Source of the DNA: Trichoplax adhaerens | Taxonomy: Eukaryota; Animalia; Placozoa | NCBI RefSeq assembly: GCF_000150275.1 | Contig: NW_002060952.1 | Location: 146,482 to 210,481 of the forward strand | Reading direction: 5' to 3' | Length of the DNA: 64,000 bases | Shown here: one piece after another, positions 13,601-26,740 of the stretch | How the letters are laid out: every line of letters begins with the position of its first letter | Numbering within the stretch: position 1 is the first letter of the stretch | The notes under the pieces: model-generated | Database searches by the model: none | Seen by the model: the letters and a program-made list of their open reading frames with translations, nothing else | What the model was told of the DNA's origin: nothing | Made by a program: the position numbers and the translations under genes

Positions 13601-16600
13601 GATCTTTCTATCAAACTCATGTACGATAATCGAGAATCGGTTGATTAGTGGTTGTAGACTGTTGAAAAAGTAAAATCTACAGTAGCTTTACATCCTATAC
13701 CTCTACGTTAAAGAAAACTTGCATCAGGCAATGGAGAAATCGCCGCTAAATACACGCTAAACCTACTCCTGCCAAATGGAATAGCCAATTGTTGAACTCG
13801 ATATCTCTTACATCATCAATAGGATTAGTAGTTTCTTAATCAATTATGATGTCAATACAACATGAATTACTATATTTCTTTGGGCAATCTACATGATTTA
13901 CCTAAGCTCCATATCGTTGTGATGCATATCGGTGCTACATTGCAAACAGTAAACTAGCAGAAATAGATATACAGTAAAATTGATTCGGAATGAATGGAAA
14001 AATACTTTATTCTAATAGTACACGCTCTAGCAATCCTGAATATTGAGGATTTCATCGATGACATATTTGGCTAATACATGAAGTAATCCTTCTCCTCCAT
14101 TAAAAATAAAATAAACGTTGAAGGCCTTCAACAAATCATTCGATCGTATAAAATGGAATCTAATTTACTCAACAAAAACAAATGACCACAGCTGGCGAAC
14201 AACAAATACACATCCATCCTCAATGCCTAATTGGCTATTTTTGCCTTGCTATTTTATTATGGTTGTTACCTCTGCAAGAAAATCAAAATCAATTGAATCT
14301 GACAGTAGCAATACAATATTACTGACTAGAATCATTCCACTTCGGAAGCACTTTTTTAATTTAAGGTGGACCTTTTTCAAGCACAATTATATTTCATTTT
14401 CGTATTTGTTAGTTTATTCGTGATTTCGACGCAAAGCGATATTCACGCTAAACTGATGTATCCAAATCAATTTAATGTAGCATAATAAATAGAAACTAGA
14501 CCTTCTTAACCATCTAATTCAAGGGTCAAATTGCTCTTGTTATACATCGACGTAATCATGTAATCGAAAGTCGACAATTGATGAAAACATGTTTCTACTT
14601 GCTATTTACTACATTATGGATGATTTGGTGCAGAGCAATATCCGTGTTATATTGGCATGTCTTATAAATATTGAAATCCGTTTAATAATCGAGTAGAGTT
14701 AGTAGAAACGAGACAGTGGATGAGTACGACTTTTGACTTCTTCAATTTCAACTTCTTGCCACCGTGTTAGTGATTTAACTGAGCGATATCATCGCTAAAC
14801 ATGTCTTGTAAATATCCAAATCTAGCTAATCTAGCGGTGTAAGTAGAAACTAGGCCTTGCTAACCAAGTTACTTCCAATGGACAATCTAGAACTACGACC
14901 ATGTTTCAAATTCTTATTTCGCCACGTATAAGGAATTTTGATACAGAACGCTATCTACGCTAAACATGTTCTGTAAATATCGAAATCAATCTAATCCAGC
15001 AGAATAAGTCAAAACTAGGCCTTGTTAACCATGCCCTTCTTCTAAAGTAGACAATTGATGAGTACGACTATGATTCAAGCTTGGTAATCATGCCTTATTT
15101 ATTTAAATTAATTCAATCTAGCACAATAAATAGAAACTAGACCTTCCTAACTAAATTATTCCAAGTTGACCATTTATCGCTACGCCAATATTTCAAATTT
15201 AGTAGGTAGATTGGCTTACTATAAGTAATATTACCGCTAAGCAATATCGGCACTTAACGTGTCGTATAACTATCGATCATCTTATTTGGGAATTTTCGAT
15301 ACGTCAATGATCATGAAGAAATGATATATCAATAGATATATTAACCAAACGAACAAAATAGCTTGCGAGCGTCTAAAATTTCTCCATGCTTGAAGAAAAT
15401 AATCGTTACTGTTAATAGTCACCAAGAAAGGACATCGCGAGGGACATATTAAATCATTTTTCTTCATCAATCGATTCAATTTTTCAACCGTGTGTAATAA
15501 TATACGATTGACAAGTATGGACTACCCCATACTTTTGTTATCTACTGTACATTGATCAATCGATCAGTTATGAAATATAAATCGATCTATCGAATTAACA
15601 GCAAACTAGATGAAATGGTTATTACATTATGGCAGATATTACCCTTTTATACTGTATAAGAGATGGAGATCATTTACGTTATAGCATTGATTAATTATTA
15701 ATCACATTAGCCATATTATTAAAACGTTCCATTGAGTTGTCATCAATTACCAAGTACAATGTTCAAGCGTTTTACTTCCTCTCTATTTGAATTACTATTT
15801 AACTTTCTACTGCCAAGTGGTTCACTTTTGTTCTGTCATGCAAATAAGAACCTAATTTTTAATAGTTTGATAACGATGAAGAGAAGATTTTATTTCCTTT
15901 TAACGATGGCTTAACCATAGACGACACAGAAGCATTGAACCGTATCACTATTTTGAAATGATAACTTTCTATTTTATATTATTGACTGCCATACTCTCGT
16001 GTAAATTATTATAACTCACTTTCCGATAATTGGATTGCAATTAAAAGGCAGTTATTTTTCTCTTCAATAATAGCTTAATGCTAATAAAGCTGATTTGGCA
16101 TGGTTTTCTCACGAGAATGGCTTCAGCAGTACTAAAATCATTCCCAAAGATTACAAGACCAATGCAGGTAAACTTCGATAGCCCTTGAATTCTACAACAG
16201 GATACTTATGTAAAAGACGTGTGTATCAATATGTACGATTCTCTTACTGCAGTACTGTAGCAAATGATTGAAACTACAGGTATTAACCATCGTGTAATAA
16301 TATTGCGCCTTGATAACATCCGCATAATTATATGTTTACTGAAGTAGGCCTGTCGTAGTAAAATTAACTGTTAAAACAATCGTGTAGCAATCTTTCCTTA
16401 CAGTAAAAGCATGATTATTCATATACTATTGAAGTTGAATCTCGTTATAGATACAACAAAAACTAAACTGTAAGCGCTAATATAGAATTCCTACATTTTA
16501 GAAGCTATTCCCTTAGTCGATGAAGAAATAGATGAATCGGATACCATTTTATTGCGATTGGAAAATGGGACAGTAATCAAAGTCGATCATGATTCATGTC

Positions 16601-19600
16601 ATAAAGTGAGTATGATCTAGTTATTCTGTCTATTTTAATTATTATTTACCCTACTACTATATCTTCCTTATTCATAGGCTAATCCACCCTGGCTTGATCA
16701 TGTTGAAGATATTACTGCGTTAAATTTCATCAATGAATCTAGCATCTTACATTTGCTTAGACAACGATATGGCAATAACTTGATACATACTTTTGCCGGG
16801 CCTGAACTTATTGTAATTAATCCATTACATACACTGCCCATATATTCCGATAAGGTGTGAATTTGCTTCATTTCTAAACTTTTACGATTTAATATCTACA
16901 TATGATGAGAACGACATAATTCAATGGAATAAGTTCCTTCTAGTAATTGCTAGATGTGACGATAATAGTGTAATTAGGTGGACTTTTGCTGTCCATTTAC
17001 GGATACCATCGTCTGTCAAGTAATTTAATTAATTAAATACGATAATAGAGATAGAGTTATAAAAGGCTACCGTCGTGTTATCATTTTTTGATAATGGATA
17101 TTTTCCTTCGGTATTAATGTTTGTACTGTAGGTAGCGAAATTTTTCTATGGCTGCCAATTAGGAGATATGCCACCCCATATCTATGCTACCGTACAAGCT
17201 GCTTATAGGAACATGCTATCGACTCTAGCTAACCAAGCTATAGTACTAATGGGACCTAGTGGTTCGGGCAAGACCACAAATGCACGTCTTATTATGTCGT
17301 ATTTGACTAGTATTAAGTATTCTCCAATCGACCGATTACCAGGTTAAGAATAATATTTTAACCAACTGAGTATTAGTAGTTAGTAAAATTGCTAATCATG
17401 ATAATTAAAGATATCAAATTATATCCATTCTAGAAAAACTCAAAGCTGCTAACATCTTGTTGGATGCCTTTGGTACAGCTAAAACCTCTATCAATGATAA
17501 AGCTAGCAGATACATTAACCTAACATCGTTAGATTTTGACAATGCGGGAAATTTTGTTGGAGCGTCAATACAGGTTTACATAGAAATCTTTCTTGACTTC
17601 ATACTCCACTACTGACAACATTTCTTTTTCATATCAGGCGCATCTTCTTGAAAGATCTCGAATTATTAGAAAACCAGACTTTGAAGGAACATTTTCAATA
17701 TTTCACCAACTGCTACATGGTAGTGATGCTGCATTAAGGTAGACAGATATCTTAGTCCTTTTTATTGAAAGTAGGAACCTGAATGATATGATAACTTTAA
17801 TCTTTAATCATTGCTATATAAATCTTCTTTTCATCTCAGGACTGATCTACAATTAAACCTTAAAAATTCAGGAAATAACCGTTTCATAAACTCAAGCGAT
17901 TCGGTAGGTAACCCGACTGTATTGCTTTGTATAAAGTCGCCTCATGAGCTTGTCATCAGGCTTAAGATGACTTAAAATACTATTAAAAGTTTGCTAATAA
18001 TGTAATTAATTAATTTAATCTTTCATTTATTCTTTTATCTATAAGATAACGGATAAACAAAATGATATTAGCAATTGGGCAAAAGTACAAAATGCTTTTC
18101 AACTATTAGGAATATCAAAAGAGAATGCTAAGGGTATATGGTTTATTCTAGCTGGAATATATCATTTAGGATTCATCAATGTTGTTACAGGTATAGCCAA
18201 GATAACATTACTCTAATTAATTATTGGATACTTTATTTATCGGATAAACACTTTTTCCATTGACGCTAGAATCAATATTCAAGAATAGTATTAATGTATT
18301 CGTATAATTTTTTAGCGGAAAATAGTAACAAGATTCATTATGAAGATCCAATGGCTGCACAAAGAGCTGCCAATATCTTGGGAATCACGCAAGAAGAATT
18401 ATCACGAATAATATTCAATGTAAAGCCCTCATCACAAGTTACTGGAAGTAACACGCTGTCCACTTCGAGCTCAATTTCTAGCTTACACTCAGAAAGTCCG
18501 CCAATGTCTCCTATGGGCTCAACAATAGAATCTTACGTTAGAAATGTCGATGGTTTAGCAATGGCGCTATATGATGAATTATTTTCTATCATACTATCGA
18601 TTATTAATGGTAGCCTTATGTCACAAACAGTGCATAGTAAGCATTCAATAACGATATTGGATGTACCTGGATTGCAAAATTATGATGGTAGTCGTCCATC
18701 AGGATTCGATGATATGATATTTAATTATGCGCAAGAACGGGTCCAGGCCTATTATCATAATAAAACAATCTCTGGCGTTTTAGACAGATACGATCAAGAA
18801 TATATTGATATTAGTTACTCTAGTGATTCTGCTATATCGCCTAACGAATTGGTATCGCTATTTGACAAAGCTCCAAGCCAAGGATCTCGAAGACACAGTA
18901 CAGTTCGAGGTGACCAAAAGGGTCTATTGCGACATCTTGATGAAGAATCAGGATATAGTGGCTCAACTGAAGCAGGCTTTATCGAGCGTCTACACTTTTA
19001 TAATAGCGACTCCGGGAAAAGTCACTCACTTAAATTTAGTGATAATAGAGAATCGTTTATTATTTCCCATTGCCAAAATTCGTTCGATATTGAATACAAC
19101 GCCAGCAAATGGTTACGTTATGCTAAAGATTTTCTATTACAAAGGCAGGCTACTAGCATATTAAGTAGTTCCTCTAGGTCTATGATAGGCTTAGCTTATC
19201 AAGGCTTTACACGTTCTCAATCCTTACATCTTAAGCCTACTAGTCCATCCAGATTGAGAGGTTCAGTAAGTTCTCTGCATAAGGTGAACATTCGTGGAGG
19301 TGTTAAAAAGACTGCGCCTTGTTTTAGGCCTATCTTCGAAATGGATGGTGTTTTAGATAGCCTTCGACGCACTACTGTTCGATTTATTCATTGTCTGGTT
19401 TCAAAGCATCATCAGACATCAGATAGTGGTAAAAAGACTAGCGATGAATTATTTAATATACCTTTAATGCGTAAACAATTAAGCGCATCTGAATTGATCG
19501 AATCTGTTCGAATATTTCGAGTTGGATATCCTGAAAATGTTCCCTATGGAGAATTCCGATTCCGCTTTGGAGTACTCGCCTCAGCAGATAAAAGGACTAA

Positions 19601-22600
19601 GGGACCCATCATAGACGAAAAGACTGCAGCGAAAGAATTAGTAGAAGAACTAGAATTAGACAGATCAACTTATCGCTTTGGTTTAACACAGATATTTTTC
19701 AGAGCTACGGCATTCTATCGCTTAGTAAATGCACGTGATGAAAAAATAACCGATTCTTTAATTGGCGTGCAAGCATATTGCAGAGGCTACCTATCTAGAC
19801 GCAAGCTTGATAAATTAAGATACCAACGGACAGCAATTGAATGCATCCAGAAAAACTTTAGAAAATACTTGGTATTACGCCAGTGGAATTGGTGGCGTCT
19901 ACTTACAAAAGTATTACCATTAATTCAAGTTAATCGAACTGAAGAAGAAATTAAAGAGAAAGATTCTCAACTTGAATCCTTAAATGCTCGTATTGCTAAG
20001 CTAGAAGGAGAAAAAAATAGTTTACACGATGAAAAAATCGAATTAGAGATGAAAGTTACTGAATTATCAGTAGCATTAGCTGAAGAGCAAAATAACGCTA
20101 CTGGCACGGCCGAAATGCTAGAAGAAGAATCCAACTCGAGGAGACGCTTGGAAGAGGAGTATGCTGAACTTAAATCAGAATTAGACGAAGTGACAAATCA
20201 AAATAATCAATTAGCAACAGATTTACTAGCAGCACAATCGAGACAGTATAGAGATGAGAGGACAGACCGCATTGAAGAATCAGATGAAGAATCCGACAAA
20301 GAGAGTCGCTATTCTGATAAAATTAGATCGTTACAAAGAGAACATGATTTAGCAATGAAGCGCCTGAAAGATAGAGCTGAGGAAGAAATGGGAAATTATG
20401 TTACTGCAAGGCGCGATGCTGATCGAAAAGCTGCTGCTCTATTTGATGATAACGAGCATCTACAACGTGCTTTAAATCAAGCAAAGAAGAAATCTCAGCG
20501 CTTAACAACAGACCTTGAAGATACTAGATTGCTGTTAGAAGGATACCAAAATAAAAACTTCGAACTTGAAAAGAAGCAGAGAAAGTTCGATTCTGAACTT
20601 AGTAAAGTCAGAGATGCGGTTGAACAGGAGAGGAACTTAAAAGAAATAGCAGCTAAGGAGAAAATGGGGCTACAAACTGACTGTTATAAGAATGAGCAAC
20701 TAATTGAGGTAATCTAGTATAAAAAATATCCTGTCTTGGCATTGCACTTGTATATACGTTATCATCGATAAAATTATATCTAATACTAGAAGCTGATAGA
20801 TATGTGATTGTTTAATATGTAATCTAGTATAAAAAGAATGTAATGTCTTGGCATTGTACTTGTATATACGTTATTATCGATATAATTGTATCTAATTCTA
20901 GAAACTAATAAATATGTGGTTGTTTAATATGTATTAGGAATTACAACAAGGAATGAATCGATTAAAGCGTGAAAATGAAAGACTTAATGAAGAATTAAAG
21001 GAAGTAGTATCACATGGTAACAAGGGTGAAAATCAATTAAATCAATTAAAAAGAAGTAAGAAAGATCTTGAGGTCAAAATCGATGAATTAAATGAAGAAC
21101 TTGATGATCAAGCTGGCCAAATACAGCAATTAGAGCAGGTATTTTGACAAAAATTTAATTGAAATCATCTAACGCAATTAATGATTAATTTAGCGTTATT
21201 AGCGTTACAATATTATCGAATAAAAAAATATAAAAAAAGTATTATTAATTTATCTATTTTAGGCAAAATTGAAATTAGAGATGGCAACACAAAATGCTAA
21301 ACTTAAGTATCAAAAAGAGATAGAATCAAAAGAAGAAGAACTAGAAAATATCCGCTCAAACTTACAGAAAAGAGTAAAATTATTAGAAGATCAGCTTGAA
21401 GATGAGTATCGTGACAAAACTGCAGCCCAAAAAGCCCGCCGTGAAGCAGAAAGACAATTACAGGAAGCACGAGACATCGAAACGAGACGCGATGTAGAAG
21501 CGGAAAAGAAATTAAGAAGAGACCTTCGAAGAGCTAAGGCTTTACTGTTAGATTCGCAAATGGCAAATCAATCTCAGGTTCTTTAATTTGCGCCAAGTTT
21601 TAATGTATTTGTAATCGTGTTAGATGTACTCGTATATAAAAATTGTAATTAACATGTCACTATTATCTATCTTAATAGAATAAAGGAAAATCTTTAGGGA
21701 ATGTAAGAGAGCTACGAGATCGAATTGAAGAACTGGAGGCAGAACTGAGGACCGCTCAGAAATCGGCACGAAATCTCCAAAGCGATTATGACGAGCAGCA
21801 AGAAGAAGTTGAAGAATTAGAAAAGAAATGTAAAGACGTAAGTGATAGCTTCATACTTCTTTACTACAGTTTAATAGAATTTGATATTACTTCAAAGCAT
21901 ACTACATAAACGTTTATATTGTACACGTATTGATATACCAATGTGATCTACAGCTGGAAACTCGTCTTGCGGTTGTAACTGAAGATAGAAACGAATTACA
22001 AGCTAAGGCAATGGACGATGAAGCAGAAGTGGATGAAATTATCAGAAAGCAACAGTCTCAGACTAAATCGGTACTTTTCCCTGTCTCTATGTTGGAATAC
22101 TTTCTCTTTTTCATAATCACAACCGATTGCGTTAGTTAACGTAACTGCTAAAATTTTAGTATGCAGATCTGCAGAAGCAGTTACAAGAATTATTGGGACA
22201 GGTTCATAACCTAGAGGAGGAAAAGAGTAAACTAGTCCAAGAGGTAACTGAAATCTTACGTTGTCACTGTAGGCCTAAACGGAGTACATTATTTGTAATT
22301 TGATGTCACTGTGTATCTAATCTTTAGTCTTTTGTACAATTGTAATTGCTTACCAATGCTTTTATATACAGATAAATAATTACAAGACTCGGGTCTCGCA
22401 TTTGGAAAGTGATACAATCGATAGAGTTTATCTAACTACGGCGGAATCTAAGGTTTGATCATATGCAAGTCTAAAAATTTAAACTTCCAACTCCCTCAGC
22501 GAACCTATTCTATCTTGCTGGATGGATAAGAATAATAAATATGTGAGCTATCTTAAGTAAATAGTTTTGTTTTACATTTATGCATTAGGCAAGAGCATTA

Positions 22601-23597
22601 GAACAAAGGTTAGAAACAGAAATGATGACCAAAAGTCGTATGGAGGTATATTCGACATTTTTTCCACTTTTATTAAACTAATTTTCACCAGCTATTAAAG
22701 TCAAATATTATATTCTCCGATCCCTTTGTCTCGCTTTATAGACTACTGTTAATCGTGTCAAGAAGAATTTAGAACGAGTAAAAGAAGAGAAAGATCAACT
22801 AGAGCGAAGTGTCCAACAAGCTCAGGAGAAGATCAAACAGTATGAAGCCTTCGTTTCATTATCTCATATAGTGACATTTATAGTACTTAGTTGAGATTTA
22901 TTTATTCTGTCTTAATCCATTTTTAATTCAAGCAATAATCGAGAGCAAAGATCGCTACGTGAGGAAATTAGGGACTTACATCGTAAAATATCTGAACAAC
23001 AAAAGAAAACCGCTGACTCTGTATGATATTTGCTTTGCAATTGATATAATCTTTATTACCAGTAAGAAATAACACGTATCTGTAACCTTGAATCCATAGG
23101 AGGCTGAATTGGAAAATTTGCAAGCTGATTATGAAGGAGTTACTGCTCAATTGAAAGTTGCCAATAACAGAATCTTTGCCCTACAACAAGCTATTGAGGA
23201 AAACCTGGAAGTCGATTCCGATGAATCCAGTGATAAATCCTCAGATGATGCATTCGATAGTACACTGGACGATGAATATTTTCGTAAGACTCCCGACTCG
23301 AGTAAACGTGGCTTGTACAGACATGATAGTAGCCAAGATTTTGAAGCGAAACTAAAACGACAGACGTCATACGATAAATATGATACTGAGAAAATGAGAC
23401 GGGCACGCAAACGCTACGATGATGACGATATGGACGAAAGAAATACATTAAAAAGGGATCATACTTCCGAGAGTGATAACAGGCTAAGTGTTAAGCAAGG
23501 TTTAAGCGGCGGTCGATATCAACAAACTCATGACGATGACGATAACACTAAAAATCCAATGCCTCGACCTAAGAGTGGAGAAATGGTCGAAGTGTAA
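10632..23597 (+). CDS. MYO18A: Unconventional myosin class XVIII (MYO18A-alpha-like: KE-rich, PDZ, SH3-like, motor, IQ, coiled-coil tail)
   Basis: [16 protein letters not shown]-rich start; PDZ ([18 protein letters not shown]...[10 protein letters not shown]); motor motifs [40 protein letters not shown]; IQ ([12 protein letters not shown]); WNWWRLL; long coiled coil. Exons: 10632-11708, 16074-16167, 16502-16605, 16678-16854, 17132-17342, 17434-17573, 17638-17738, 17840-17903, 18046-18190, 18316-20708, 20938-21138, 21263-21577, 21679-21837, 21954-22070, 22160-22243, 22372-22452, 22589-22645, 22742-22839, 22933-23020, 23100-23597. Confidence 0.95.
11940..12430. repeat. Tandem repeat, about 4 copies of 115-135 bp, in MYO18 intron 1
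   Basis: AATTGAATGATTGCTCATATC recurs near 11971, 12106, 12230 and 12347, along with AACCCTAGTGTCGAGTGTCTCTCTCTC blocks. Confidence 0.9.
12983..13022. repeat. Perfect 18-bp inverted repeat with a 4-nt loop
   Basis: TATCACCCTTTCGATCTG-ATAC-CAGATCGAAAGGGTGATA, flanked on both sides by AATTGA (12977-12982 and 13023-13028). Confidence 0.95.
14430..15250. repeat. Decayed tandem duplications in MYO18 intron 1
   Basis: AGAAACTAG(A/G)CCTT..TAAC cores near 14491, 14845, 15011 and 15132, with CGCTAAAC..ATGT..AAATATC blocks. Confidence 0.7.
20709..20937 (+). repeat. Intron made of two tandem copies of about 110 bp
   Basis: GTAATCTAGTATAAAAA...TGTCTTGGCATTG.ACTTGTATATACGTTAT...TTGTTTAATAT at 20709-20818 and again from 20819, the second copy running into the acceptor GTATTAG (20937). 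Confidence 0.9.
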
Positions 23598-23957
23598 AAC
23601 GCTTTGGATTGTTATATACGCGTATGTAATATCAAGCGCGCATTATTTTAAATTGCAATTACAACAAAGATTCTTATTAGATCATTATTTAGACGAAAAA
23701 TTGCATTTGAACATTTATCTGCTACTACTAAACTCTACTGTTATAGATAAAATACTAACGTCTGTTTAAACTAACCAAAATTTAGACAATAGGCAATTAT
23801 AACACCTGTGTACTAAGTAAAGCTATAATTTTTCGATCTGCGATTGCCTCGCAATTATCTAAGATATATATGTATGTACCAATTCAGTTGAGCAGGAAAT
23901 TATGTATAACTATTTTTCAGGTTAGTCCTATCGCCATATATATTCATTGATAATATA

Positions 23958-23963
23958 AATAAA
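23958..23963 (+). terminator. Candidate polyadenylation signal of MYO18
   Basis: AATAAA about 360 nt downstream of the MYO18 stop; common by chance in AT-rich DNA. Confidence 0.35.
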
Positions 23964-24869
23964 TAACTATGCTCATAAAACTCAATTAATGGGTCATTAT
24001 CTTGATGCTCCTGAATACTGTAGCATCCATAACTTAAGCTTTACTAATTTTTCAAAAAAATGACCTAAATTTATAGTTTATTTACCTGGCCCTTTCCTTG
24101 AAAATTTACTCCAAATTTGTTTTTATATTGGAAAATATTTATATATCCAGTTATCGCAATAAAATTTATATCAAATTCTTTCGTGTTCTCATCTCTATGG
24201 CTGACTAATAAATTGTAGTATTTATTTTATATCAACATGCACGCTATTAATGCAATAATTTTGTCAAATAGTAGGAGTAAGAATGCTGTGATATAGAATA
24301 ACATATCTACATATCATTCAAGTAGTTTATAAGATATTGTTAAACAGTGAAGCTTGAATGTGAATAGAACCAAAGTCGATGTTCTACGAGTCAAATAAAT
24401 TAATAAGGCTTGCATGCAATTGTCATTCTTATATTGAGATTTTATCGCTTTAATAACATGGAATGAAAATCTTTACGTGCAGACAACAGATGCATGATAA
24501 AAGTAAATGCTAAGTAGATTGCAACATCAATTTTTTGTCGGTTACTTGTAAAGTATAAAGCGAGGAAAATAATTATTCATCCGATCGAATAACCCTTTTG
24601 GTATTTCATGAAACATATCAACAATCTGAATAGTTTTAGTACTTCTAAAAGGTCAAGCTAAATAAATGATGTAACTATTATAACATTGCAATTCAAGCGT
24701 AGAATTTACCATCTGAAATTCAAGTATCAGTCAGCTTGTACATAAGTTTACCATCGAATTCTTTCGTTTCTATTTACAGTAACGATGCTCATAAATTATC
24801 ACTATTATTTTAGAAATGCTTTAAGGATCATGTAATACAGACAAAAATTTAGATATATTTGAAAATAAA

Positions 24870-26185
24870 TTATTTCCCCCACTCTATGGTATGCAAAGAG
24901 GACGCGTCATCTGTAAGGCTAAATGATGCCGGCTTAAGTGATGGCGGAAGATCATTTACAGGCGGTAATGCTACTGGAATCGAAGTATCTTTAGCTTCTC
25001 CTCGCTTCGAATTCTCTTTACTTCTTCTAATTTGAACATTGGTCATCCATTGATCGACGATTGCTTGTGTCTCAGCTTGGTCTACATAAAACGAGTTATG
25101 ATAACGCGTAAGATAATGATAATTATTCGACGAATCTGAAGTATACGCGTAACTAGAACGACAGTACTTTGCTACTGAGAACCTTTTTAGAATTATAGCA
25201 AGATATATTCTTGCTGTAGTTGATTTGTTATACTTCTAGATTTTTATCTATCGTAGTTTGATAAGCTGAAATTCATTCTATTAATAGTAAAGTAAAATTG
25301 TTGGTTTGATGTATTACCTATTGCACCGCTTGCTGAAGTCTGTCCTTGCCACTGACGAGAAATATCAGCTAAAGAATCAATAAGAGTCAAATTATTATAC
25401 CAAGCAAAAGAGCTAAATAGCTTTAATAAAGTTATCCAGTAATGGCCTTTCAAACTGTTTAGTTAGTATTTAATGCGATCAGGTACGATAAAACGCAATC
25501 AATTCCATTAGAACTTACGCGCACTTAAAAACAGTCTTTTAATATTGCATTTATAGTTATATCTAATATACTGATCAGTCAATATCAGCAGTGTATATTG
25601 GTAAACTGCAAGTAGAATCCAAGGTGATATTTGAAAAACTAGATAAGGCAATGCAATATCAAGCTAATTTGCAATTGAAGAATAGCTCAACTACATTGTA
25701 CAGTAAGTGGATGCTATTCGTGTTCGCTCACTAAAGGAGAATTGGTCTACTTTGATAGCATTCATATTGCAAGATAGCGATAATTCTTATATAAGGCATC
25801 TTTTACGTACGTATTCCGTAATACGATTGGAATGGACTGTTATTTTGAGAGTTTTCAATAAAGCTATGAGGTTTCATTGACTGACTGCTAAGGAGCTGTG
25901 CAGCATCTAGAAATAGGCATTGTAAAAAATCAGGAGTAGAAGCGATCAATAATGACAAAGTATAACCGAGTCGTATCTAGTCCTTGCATGATAAGTTACC
26001 TGCCATAACAATGGAGTTATTAACTATAAGTCAAGACCATAATGAGACACTAACTTACCCCTAAATGAATCATAATGTAACTTTGTAAGCCTCTGATGTT
26101 GGAAACTGCTCCTATGTTTCTTCCTAATTTCAACACTATCTGTAATATAGCGTTCACAGAAATCGCAGTAATAGCGTTTGCCCAT
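24870..26185 (-). CDS. ZMAT5: Zinc finger matrin-type protein 5 (U11/U12 snRNP 20 kDa protein)
   Basis: MGKRYYCDFCER..DSVEIRKKH..S.QH N-terminal matrin finger, then DAAQLL, and the C-terminal family signature LPPSLKP...IEWGK*. Exons (minus): 26185-26059, 25906-25811, 25368-25318, 25081-24870, all joined at phase 1. Confidence 0.9.
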
Positions 26186-26568
26186 CCAGCTAGCTACAAT
26201 AGTTCTAGATGACCTGACAAAACTAATCAATAACCATGGAAAGTGAGCAAGGAATCCTCTATAGTATAACGCTATAAGCAGTGGATTTTCATTCTCATCG
26301 CTCGTATAACTCTAGGATGCTCAGAGGAGGGGTAGAGATTACTCAAAAGTAAAAAATAACTTTGGCTAGGTTGATTAAATGATTATTTATAACATGAAGG
26401 AAGGATAAATTATGTCGAGATGGCCTTGAAGTACACGGACTGGATGGGAACACCAGTGTTGGCCACTTCTTTCATAGCCATTCCACAATCCTACCTAATG
26501 CGCTTACTGTTACATGTAGTGTTGAGTACTACATGAGCAGCTAAAATCTCAACTAAAAAGAAAGCGGG

Positions 26569-26577
26569 ACCGGAAAT
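26569..26577 (+). promoter_or_regulatory. ETS-type motif upstream of ZMAT5
   Basis: ACCGGAAAT in a GC-richer patch (GCGGGACCGGAAAT) about 390 nt upstream of the ZMAT5 ATG. Confidence 0.35.
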
Positions 26578-26740
26578 GGTTGCCAATCATACTAAAAACA
26601 TCAAGGCGGCTAGTTTGCTGGTCATTTCAACTATATCGTATATCTGCAACCATACGCCACACTATTGACCATGGTGGTCCGAGTCTACAGTGTACAGTGT
26701 ACAGTATGGGACTGCTTTACAGTACTGTAGCAGCCAAAAG

